Positions 53,305 through 64,000 of a stretch of DNA of 64,000 nucleotides are shown in pieces. The notes beneath the pieces are model-generated. The model was not told the origin of the DNA and ran no database searches. It saw only the letters and a program-made list of their open reading frames with translations. The stretch's first letter is position 1; every line of letters begins with the position of its first letter. Position numbers and translations under genes: made by a program. This DNA comes from Octopus sinensis (lineage: Eukaryota). The DNA is taken from NCBI RefSeq assembly GCF_006345805.1, contig NC_043014.1, positions 18,042,001 through 18,106,000 of the forward strand, read 5' to 3'.

Positions 53305-53668
53305 AGGGAAACGCAATCCTTCAGGATAATAATGCACCAATTCACATAGCTAAAGTTGTTACTGAATGGTACGAGGAACATTCTAGTGAAGTTGAACATC
53401 TTATCTGGCCACCACAGTTCCCAGATCTCAATATTATTGAACATTTTAGAAAAAGTATGGAGTTGATATCCTCCATCATCATCACTACAAGAACTGGAGA
53501 CTGTTTTAGCTGAAGAATGGACAAAAATTATTTTGGAAACAATTCAAACTTTGTACGAGTCCATACCTCGTAGAATTCAAACTGTAATTATCGCCAAAGG
53601 CGATTCTAGCCCATATTAATATAAATTTGCTTGAAATTTTAAGATTTCTCCATTATTTTGTCCAACCT

Positions 53669-53672
<4 letters not shown>
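53305..53672 (+). mobile_element. Tc1-like transposase 3' fragment with right terminal inverted repeat
   Basis: QDNNAPIH...WPPQFPDLNIIEH. Ends ccattattttgtccaacc before (TA)n. Confidence 0.85.
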
Positions 53673-53734
<62 letters not shown>

Positions 53735-54589
53735 CAGACTTAATTTTTGATTTTAGGCTTACTTCGATTTTACATAATATGGTTTTTAAATCGTAATTTT
53801 AATATTATATGTATCACCGGTTCTTGAAAGGACCAATGAGACGAAACCAATTTGAAACGTCAATGTAAATTGTATATTTATACATACAACTTTAATTTTT
53901 TGTTCTACTCTCCACCAAAACTGTTCGGCAAATGGGAACGGGAAACTCTGAGTAACAGTTTTTCGTGATGTTTTTGCTGCTTTGAAAACGTATTGCATTT
54001 GGCCAATGTGTGTATTTTTTTATGATACATTTGATGCAGAGAGAGAGGGAGAAAGTGGGGGCAGAGAGAAGGCGAGAGAGAAAGACATACAGAGAGGCAA
54101 GGACTGAGTCAGAGAATTCCACTGTTGTTCTTTGTTGTGGATCGCAGAATTGAAATGAAATGCGCATCTAATTCTTCAGCATTAAACGCAGGATTCTTAC
54201 TTGCAAAGCGTTCCTAGTTCCAATGTTGCGAGGTAGGAAGTTTAAGCAAAATTGCTAGCAAACCTCTTCACTGTGAACTATAGAGGCAGTTACATATCAT
54301 CAGGTGAGAGCACTCTCAGCTTCCATGCAAGAGATAGAAAAGTTATGGTAACATTAAAGTGAAACCTAAATTACAAGACACAATTAAGCCGGATTAATTA
54401 CTACTTCTTGGCTCCCCTTCATGGGAAGAGTAGATATAGGATTCCCTTTACAGATTAACGCCTCACCAAAAACGCTCTTGTTAAGAATCTGTGGAAAACT
54501 TCAATATCAGAATGTAATAGATGCTTTCCTTGGTTATGTTCGATATTAAATTTCTATTTATAGATGGAAGTGATTACGGTTCTTGAACT

Positions 54590-54830
54590 GTTTCCTATTT
54601 CTTTACTGCCCACAAGGGGCTACACACAGAGGGAACAAACAAGGACAGACAAACGGATTAAGTGGATTGTATCGACCCCAGTGCGTTACTGGTACTTATT
54701 TAATCGACCCCGAAAGGATGAAAGGCAAAGTCGACCTCGTCGGAATTTGAACTCAGAACGTAGCGGCAGACAAAAATACCGCTAAGCATTTCGTCCAGCG
54801 TGCTAACGTTTCTGCCAGCTCGCCACCTTA
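54590..54830 (-). mobile_element. tRNA-derived SINE family C with a Tx1-like 3' tail
   Basis: Head aaggtggcgagctggcagaaacgttagcacgc, B-box-like gagttcaaattcc. Tail matches the LINE 3' end. Confidence 0.85.
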
Positions 54831-55149
54831 AACTGTTTCTTCGTTTAGATTCTCATAAAGATGGTACTTACCAGATTTAACATCAAACGTAATGCCTAGA
54901 AAAATTGGCTGCCTATTGTTTAGTGTAAATAATTATATATAAACTAAGTATGTTTGAAATGACTATTAGATCCTCTCTGGATAGGTTTATTGCGTGACCG
55001 CCCATAGTGTTTGAAACTGCTAAGCCACCATTTCTGTACATGCCAAAGATGACGTCAAAAGCAAAACATCCCAGAGATGAACTCGTCCTTTTGATTCAGT
55101 AGGATTAATCATGATATAGTAACGATTCCTTGGTGCTCATTAATATCGA

Positions 55150-55930
55150 TTCAGTTGGTACTTATTGACCCCAAAAGAGTGAGAGAAAAAGTAGCAACAG
55201 CGGTATTTGATCCCAGAAAAATAAAGACACATGAGAAATGCTGCGAAATATTCTATCTGGCGCGTGACCATTCTACCAGATCATGTCCATAATAATAAGA
55301 ATTTCAAATTTTAGCAATTTATCTACAAGTTTTGGCGGTAAGTTAGTTAATTACTTTATTTTATCGACCTCAAAATTTTAAAAGACAAAGTTGTCCTTGG
55401 TGAGATTGGAACTCAGAATTTTTCGTGCCGTAAGAAATACCGCTATTTTGTCCTATGTGCTAGAGATTCTAACAGTTTATCGTATTCACCATATGGGAAA
55501 TAACCCTATCTTCTATAGGCAAAAGGCCTGAAATTTTGGGGAAGATGGCTACTCAAGTACAACGACTCCAGTTCTCGACTTCTATTTACTTCATCGACAT
55601 CGAATGGATGAAAGCCAACCTCGGCAGAATTTGAACTCAGAACGTAAAGAGAGACGAAATGCTGCTGAGCATTTTGTCCAGCGTATGAACGATTCTTGCA
55701 GCGTGCTGCTTTAATAATGATAATAATGGTTTCAATCTTGGCACAGAGACAATTTTTGAGGGGAGGAAGAAGACGATTACATAAGCATGTTACTTCACTG
55801 GCACTTATTTTATTAACTCTCGAAAGGATGAAAGACAAGGACGATCTTGGCGGAATTTGAACTTATAACATAAAGACGGACAAAATTTCCATTAAGCGTT
55901 TCTTCAGGCGTACTAACGATCCAGCCCCTT
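55150..55930 (-). repeat. Head-to-tail array of four decayed SINE family C copies
   Basis: Same unit structure as 48215-49050. Confidence 0.78.
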
Positions 55931-55944
55931 CAACTTCATCCACC

Positions 55945-56755
55945 ATAAACCCCTTTCACCATGGCCACCAGCCTTTCCTTCCCGGTTAAAGGAAGATGGA
56001 TTCAGTTGTCAGCCGGATCCGCCCCACACGGGACAGCAAGTGTTCGACATAAACTCACGGGTCAGCAATGCTCGAGCACTGGGCGAGTGCATGCAGGACC
56101 GTCTCGTCGTCTTACGCGCATCTCGGACATGCTGGTGTAACGGCGCTTCCGTGCCTGTAAAGTTTATCTCGAACAGGCAAAGCTCCCCGGTAGCACTGCT
56201 AGGCCAGAGAGATTTGGAAATTATGTATCGGTCCCGAGCCGAAAACTCTCCGGAAAAGAGCGACTGGGTGATCTTCGACGCCCAAGATCTTCCCAAGAAC
56301 GTCGTTGCACTTTTACTCCACTAATTCTCTATAAAAAGTGAACTTCCGCCTAAGAGCTATGAGCGCTTGAAGACATTTCACTTTCGAAATGCTCCCCTCG
56401 GTTTCTGTTTTACCCAGGACTGCAGTTCCGTTAAAGAAACTAGCTGCGGAAATACGTGTCTGGCGTACGATGACCACACCTGTTCACCGTCAAGATGTTC
56501 ACCGTCAAGGAAGCCTGGAGATGTAGCCTCAGCGCATGTCTGTATATCAACGACTACGGCATGCCCAAGCCACCATTCAGCGGGTGTTGACAGCAGATAG
56601 ATCGCTTGACCATCGGGATGCGTCCCTTCCACAAAAATCAGATGAGTATGTGCACGAACGTAATCAGACAGTGTCCAGGACAAGGCACGACGGTCAAGCG
56701 ATAATAGATGACGGACGCGATCCTGTGGCCGACCGTTCAGTGATAGCTTTCTTAA
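55945..56755 (-). mobile_element. Decayed fragment of a related Tx1-type ORF2 C-terminus
   Basis: HLDGEQVWSSYARHVFPQLVSLTELQSWVKQKPRGAF aligns with YLDGEQVWSPHVRFYLPQLTSLTDIGAWIKRRPKLSE of the full copy. Multiple frameshifts. Confidence 0.85.
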
Positions 56756-56958
56756 TAATAACAAACAAAAAACAAGAAGAAAGAAGAAATGGATTTATCA
56801 TTTGTAGTTATTGCTAGTTATGTCTTCTGCATACTTAAGCAGTATCGAATGGGAGTAAATACAAGAAACTTAAATTGATCTAATCTTATTCGGTTACACA
56901 TCACACACACAGACATACATAAAATCACACACTAACATGCAGACACATAATTCATGCA

Positions 56959-57064
<106 letters not shown>

Positions 57065-57162
57065 CTGTGTTATATATATATATATATACTCACACACACG
57101 TATATGTATACATATATATGTATATATATACATACACACACATATATATATATATGTCTGTG

Positions 57163-57205
<43 letters not shown>

Positions 57206-58674
57206 GACAGACACACACACATATACGTATACAAACGCTCATACACAAGCATATATACATATACAGGTGCGTGTATACATACTGACGTTACATATATATC
57301 AGTGAGTAAATTAATATACGGATTTATATATTGACTTAGATGTTGTGTGTATGTGTAGAGCAAGAGAGTGGCGGGGTGTTAGAGAAAGTGTTAGAAATGA
57401 ATACTTACACATACACTTTATCACATGCCTAATCTCCACTCCTATCACCACTAAACCGACTCATGTTGTGTTTGTAATCAATTAGTCTTTTAAAAATGGA
57501 CACCAAGCCATTTTTGCCCTACAGCACCCTGAAATGGACGCCATTTTTCTTCCTTCTTTTCCTTTTCTTTCCTTTTTTCTCTCTCTCTCTGTTTCGGCTA
57601 TAGATGAGACAGTTTAAAATGGACGGCATTTTCGTCGATCATATATTAGTGGTACGTTTAAAATTCAATGCTGCACTGTCGGCAAACCACTTAACATTAA
57701 CTGATAGCTATCAACATGACTTCTGCACAAGGTATTACGAAGGGGTGTACATGTTTGCGTATTTTTTGTATGCAAACATCAAACACACACGCTCTCTCTC
57801 TCCCCCCTCTCCCCCTCTCTCTCCCCCTCTCTCTCCCCCTCTCTCTCCCCCTCTCTCTCTCTTTCTCTCTCTCTCACACACACACACACACACGAATTAT
57901 AGTAATTTCCGTGTGTGACCATATTTGTCTGTGTGCGTGCGTAGATATACGCTTACACATATAGACACATACGCGCGAGTGCAAGTGAACACGAATATAT
58001 ACATAACTTTTTGAAGCATTAGCTAAATTTGTTTTATTTCACTGAAGGGTATTTCACATAATATATGTATACACGTATGGAAATGAATGGTACATGTATA
58101 CTTATATATATATAGATAGATAGATAGAGGAAAGTAGGTAGGGCGCTGATATGGAGAAAGGCAGAGCTTTGTACATTGTACTCGGACACTGATTGACATA
58201 TTAATATGATATATGCCACTCAATTATTTGTACAAACACACACACAATTGCATATGCATACACACATTTATGCAGGTAGACGGAGAGACAGTTGGGTGGC
58301 CTGTTTGAATGAATGGACCGGCAAACATACGCTAACTTGAAACTCTCATATCTTCAGAGTATATTTCAAGCAGATTTCCCCACCGCAGTGTATTTGTATC
58401 AAATTCAAGATTTTAGTAAACATTTACGCTGTGATTTTCTCTTCACCTTCAGATAGCTTACTTTATATATAAAAATATGCGCATGTGTTGAATTCCTCTT
58501 AAACGACAACAACAACAACAACGACGACGACGACGACGACGACGACAACAACAACAACAACAACAACACTAACAACACCAACAACAACAGCAACCATAAT
58601 AATGATAATATCAATAAATTTATTAAAACAACAACGATGATGATAGTTATTATGATGATGATTATCCTCCTACT

Positions 58675-59235
58675 AATAAATGCTCTAATGCCGTACGAGG
58701 CACTGGCTCTCACGGCTTTTGATCTTAACTGATTGGAAGTGTTATCTTCTACATGTCTTGGTGTAAAAGATGGAATGCAACAAATATTCTGCTCAATACC
58801 ACGGATTTGCTTGTCAGTTACTTGACCTTAACCAGTTGAGTATGTCCCTTGGTGGCTGACGATATGTGCATCTCTGATCACGAGCAGAGGTAGTGGGAGA
58901 GCATCATAGCCATGTATTGAGAGGAATTCTTTGGGGTTCGAATAATTCACATTTGGAAACATGGATGTTGTATTGAACGTTTTCAAACAACTCTTATTCA
59001 GTGACCTTTTGAGCGGGATGGATTACTCGACCTGAAGAAAATTCTAACTGGGCCCCACCTGCAAGGTCATGCGCTGTTAATCTTGATATGAGATCACTAT
59101 GTCACGCACATATGGTTGTGATGCATGTGCCTGGTGTACCCTTATCAGACGAGTAATCATGATGGGTATATTGGGTTTCGTATAATTGTAACCCAGTGTC
59201 ACTTTGATGGCATGCGCTGCTCTCTCACTCACTCA
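58675..59235 (-). mobile_element. Non-coding interspersed repeat (about 560 bp) associated with (TAA)n
   Basis: Its 5' part matches 63817-64000 on the opposite strand. Confidence 0.7.
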
Positions 59236-59292
59236 ATATTAATATTAATAATGACAACAACAACAACAACAACAACAACAATAATAATAATA

Positions 59293-59326
<34 letters not shown>

Positions 59327-60135
59327 AACAAGGAACTACCTGGTCAACATATTAAAGAACGGCAGTAGCCCAACATGTCGTGTACGTCAACAACAAAATG
59401 AAACCATTGATCATGTTGTCTCCAAGTGCTGTCTTCTAGCGCCTACAGAGTATCTCAACAGGCATGATAGAGCTGCACAATATATTCACTGGGTAATCTG
59501 CAAATAACTGGATTTGCTCCATGAAAAAAACTGGTGGGAATACAAACCACCCCCAGTGCTTGAAAATGATCACACCTCACTCCTCTGGAACTTTCCCATT
59601 CAAACTGACAGAAAGATAGATGCAAATATGCCAGACATCATATTGAAAGACTTCAAACAAAGAACATGCCTCCTCATTGATATGACTGTCCCAATCGATA
59701 TAAACGTATCTGTCAAGACCTACCAAAAACTGAGCAAATATAAAGATCTTGAAATAGAAATAAGCAAAATGTGGAACCTGAAGACTAAAACAATACCTGT
59801 TGTCATAGGTGCCCTGGGAATGATAGCAAAAGGGGCTGATCGCTACCTAACTCAGATATCAGGAAACCCAACTTCAAAAGATAGTGCTCATGGGAACTGC
59901 TCATATCCTACGCAAAATACTTTCTATGTAATCTCAAGTTTTAAAACAAACATAACTTTGGGTTTTTTTTTGACAACACTAAATACAAAACCAAATATAT
60001 GGCACACTAGGCATATCAACATCACGAACTTCCAACCTGTTGTCTCTTGAGGTCTCTGGGTGAGACTTGGAGCCAACTTGTACAAATATAAAGCAAAAGT
60101 CAAACATATAATAATAATAATAATAATAATAATTT
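59327..60135 (+). mobile_element. 5'-truncated R4/Dong-clade element (CCHC, RLE, 3'UTR) in (TAA)n
   Basis: NETIDHVVSKC, LLWNFPIQTDRKIDANMPDIILKD...LLIDMTVP...KLSKYKDL, IPVVIGALG. (TAA)n on both sides. Confidence 0.9.
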
Positions 60136-61379
60136 CTAGTGGAAGCACGATGACTCAAATTTGGGGAAGGGATTAAGTCGATTACATCGATTCCAATACG
60201 AAAATTGTACTTAATTTATTGAGACCGAAAAGATGAAAGACAAAGTCGACGGCGCAATTTGAGCTTTGAGCTTTGACAGGCGAAATACCACTAAGCATTT
60301 TGATCAGCATGCTAACGATTCTGCCAGCTCCCTGGCATACTTTTCACCATAGGCCCTAAGTTTGAAATTTTGAGGGAGGGAGTAAGTCAATTACATCGAC
60401 TGAACTTCTTAACTGGCACTTATTTGTTTTCAATGTCGCTTCGGCCGCCAACTTCAAACTGAATTTACTGAATATTACAATTCTTCTTTGATTTTTTTCT
60501 TTTAGAGTGTCAACTGTACATCGGTTCACACAAACAAGCCAAAGCTATATGGAGTATTATGTGTTGTTGCTGTCTAGAAAATACCACTGCAATTTAAAAA
60601 CACATCGTGTTTTTAAATTGCAGATAAGAGGTAATATTTATTTCCACTTAAACGTGGATGTTCTGTTAGAACTGTGGTAGATATCAAGAGAGAAACTGTC
60701 ATATTGGTATTTGGTACAAATTTGTAGCAGTCCATACTACTATTGGTGTGTGGCCTGAAATTTCGGTGGACGAAGCTTGTTGATTACACTGACACCTATA
60801 CTTAACCGATAACTTAATTTATCCATCCCAAAAGGCAAAGTCGATCTGAACAGGTTTGAACCCAGAACATAGGGAACAGGAAAACGTGCCACTAAGCATT
60901 TTGTCCAAAGTGTTAATGATTCCGCCAGCCCAGTTCTCTACTGCTACTGAAGTCGCACCAAAATACACTTAAAACTTAAAGTAAGACATTTTAGTCATTA
61001 GACTGCGGCTCTGCAAAAGCACTGCTTTGAAGACATTTTGTAGAATGAATCGAACGAATCGACTTATTAAAGTCCGGTACTTATTGTATCAGTTATTTTT
61101 TTTTTTTTGCTGAACCGCAAGTTTACAGAGACGAGAACACACCAACACTGGTTGAGAAACAGGGGTGGGGGACAAACTCCAACACAAACACATACAAACA
61201 CGTTTTCAAATTACAATTTAAAAATATAATACTGTGCTCTATGTATATTGTAATTAAACAATTTTTTCATTAAAAGGAATCAAAATGTGTTCACGGTAGC
61301 CTTCTATTCAACGAGATGACGGAATTAATGGCGGGCGCACCTTTATTGGTTTTCTTTAAATCGAGATTTACTCTATATT

Positions 61380-61411
<32 letters not shown>

Positions 61412-61535
61412 TGTATGTATGTATGTATGTATGTATGTATGTATGTATGTATGTATGTATGTCTGTATGTACGTATGTATGTATGTATGTATGTATGTAT
61501 GTATGTATGTATGCATGTATGTATGTATGTGTGTA

Positions 61536-62064
61536 TGGTAACATGTAACCCAGTAAAACCTGTTGCATGGTGGGGTCGTCGGCGACTAAACCGGCAACCC
61601 CACCAAGATTGCTTGGTGAGGAGGGTGTTTATTGGACACTCTGCGGGATGAAAAACAAAACCCGTCAAAGGGCGGAGGAACTCTTTAGAGTCAACGGCTA
61701 TCCAATAAATGTCTTAAGGCTGTATCATGCGCGGGGACATAGAAATAATCGGATTGATACCCGATAGCACGGTTAAACCATTGGGAGTGAAGGACTCCTA
61801 GCCTTTGTTAGGGCATCCTTCTAGGAGAAGGTAACTCAGGTAACTGGGATGACTCCGACATAAAACCTGCGGCTCAGTGGTTACCGATGATGTTGACTTG
61901 TTCTTCTTTTCGAATTATGGCTGCTGTTGCTTAGTGAGTGGGATTGACTCAGTGCACAGCCTTTCCTCACTTTAAACAACATCTTCTTGCACAGGCATTG
62001 CACGATAACAACATTGATTAAGCTTCGTGCAATGGCCATACTCGATAACGAGGGGCAGCCACCA
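61536..62064 (-). mobile_element. Second copy of the RTE-like non-autonomous repeat, within (CATA)n
   Basis: Same boundaries as 7485-8011. Confidence 0.65.
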
Positions 62065-62839
62065 TGTATGTATGTATGTATGTATGTATGTATGTATGTA
62101 TGTATGTATGTATGTATGTATGTATGTATATATGTATGTTCTATTTCTCTTTTTAATTTTAGAGTAAATTTTAATCGGCCACCTACAAAGACGTGAAGGA
62201 AAGTAGCTTGTTTTAACCATCATCCGTTAAATCTTAAGAAAGTCTTGCAGATTTTTATATTCCTAGATAATGTGATCGTTTATGTATGTATGTATGTATG
62301 TATGTATGTATGTATGTATGTATGTATGTATGTATGTATGTGTATATGCTATATAATATATGTATAATGTAATATATTATATCATATGCATGTGTATTCG
62401 TGTCTATGTGCACATATGCGCCATAAAATCGCAAAAAAGTATGAAAGACTTCGAGTTTAATTGAATTCTGGTTCTTCTAAAATATATACATTTTTCTTCT
62501 TTTCTTTTATTTCCCTAAATTTGAAATTGCAAGTAATCTCAGGTTTTAACAAAACAAGGATTGTAGACAATGATTTTAGCAAAACGAATTCCGATACCTA
62601 CTTTTGGAATCTGCTCTTGTTTATATAAATCCTTTTGACTTTCATGAGATTTTGTTTTCTTCTAACAAAAAGTGTTTTCAGAAATATAATTTTTTTTAAT
62701 TATTTTTCTACGTCTTAATGAAGACAAAAACTAATAAATTTTCTTTCCCTTCTCCGATGATAGCTAAAAAGCACGTGCTCGTGTGTTTTATGTCAGTGAG
62801 AAATGTCTTAAATATATCTAAATTTCTCTCTCCCTCTTT

Positions 62840-62878
<39 letters not shown>

Positions 62879-62902
62879 CATAGATACATATATATGTATA
62901 TA

Positions 62903-62957
<55 letters not shown>

Positions 62958-63038
62958 GCATATACACCCACATACAAGTATATATGTATGTACAAACATT
63001 ATGTATGTATATCTGACTCTCCCTTTCCATATACATAC

Positions 63039-63076
<38 letters not shown>

Positions 63077-63816
63077 GATGTATGTATACGTACAAACACA
63101 CGTATACTAACACATACACACGCATACACACGCATAAATGTATGGATAATATGATTTAGAGAGTTTTCACATGACAAATACGACCAAGCAAATAAATAAG
63201 TTTGAAGCCTTAGATAAAGTTACACTTAACAAATGTCTTGGGCAATAATAAAAATAACGAACGTCATCACTACCACTACCACCATCACTATCACAATGAT
63301 AATAACAAGGCTACAGATTTTAGGGAGGCGGGAATTTAGATGATTTCATCAATCCTAGTGCTTGAGTGGTTCTTTATTTTAGCGACTGCAAAAGGATTGG
63401 AAAGGAGGCCGAACTCGGCAGAATTTGAACTCAGAACGTGAAGAGCCAGAAAGAATGTTGCTAAAGATTTTGTCCGTCTGTACGTTCTCCGTTCAAATTC
63501 CGGCACAGTCGACTTTGCTTTTCATCCTTTCCGGTATCTATAAAATAAGTACCAAAACAAGCATTGTGGTCGATGTAATCGACTTACTCCATCCACCGGA
63601 ATTGCTAATTTTCTGCGAAAATTTGAAACCATTATTATTATTCAAATTCTGCCGCGCTCGAATTTGCCTTTCATCCTTTCGCGGTCGATAAAATAAGTAC
63701 TAGTCAAGCACTTGGTCGATGTAACTTTTCCCCCTCCCTTAAAATTCCAGATGCTTTGCCTATGATAGAAAGGGTTATTATTATTATTATTTTTTTTTTT
63801 AAATTATTATTATTAT

Positions 63817-64000
63817 TGAGTGACGGAGCAGTACAAGTGACACTGGGGTTAAATATACGAAGCCCAGTATACCCATCATGACTACCCGTCTGATAGGGGT
63901 ACACCAGGCACATGCATCACAGCCATATGAGCGCGACATGGTGATCTCATATCAAGGTAAACAGTACATGACCTTGCAGGTGGGGCCCAGTTAGAATTTT
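63817..64000 (+). mobile_element. Second copy of the (TAA)n-associated repeat, cut by the window end
   Basis: Matches the reverse complement of about 59040-59235. Preceded by (ATT)n. Confidence 0.7.

Noticed and set aside
53815-53865. ttgaaag...gac-GAAA motif
   Set aside because: Could not build consistent stems I-III.

Overview
A 64-kb, AT-rich, repeat-saturated eukaryotic window with no recognisable host gene. The SINE families and microsatellite load look like an octopod cephalopod genome (inference). Almost all ORFs in the supplied track are translations of microsatellites. Real content: (i) a young, near full-length Tx1/L1-clade LINE (42674-48083, minus strand) with ORF1 and a frameshifted APE-RT ORF2, inserted into the tRNA head of a SINE with a 12-bp target-site duplication; (ii) many Penelope-like element (PLE) remnants, including an RT-thumb-GIY-YIG fragment, a 738-bp inverted GIY-YIG pair and several fold-backs whose 3' ends abut (TA)n; (iii) R4/Dong-clade LINE fragments, Tc1/mariner remnants, Helentron-type non-autonomous elements and three tRNA-derived SINE families. 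The most notable signal is a set of minimal hammerhead-ribozyme-like motifs at PLE-type ends. They have palindromic stem III and non-canonical cores in which the 3-8 base pair covaries (C-G, U-A, G-C), some with U4C or an extra base after A9. Also notable: a SINE tail matching the Tx1 3' end, and local inverted duplications carrying shared private lesions. All folds and alignments were done by eye.
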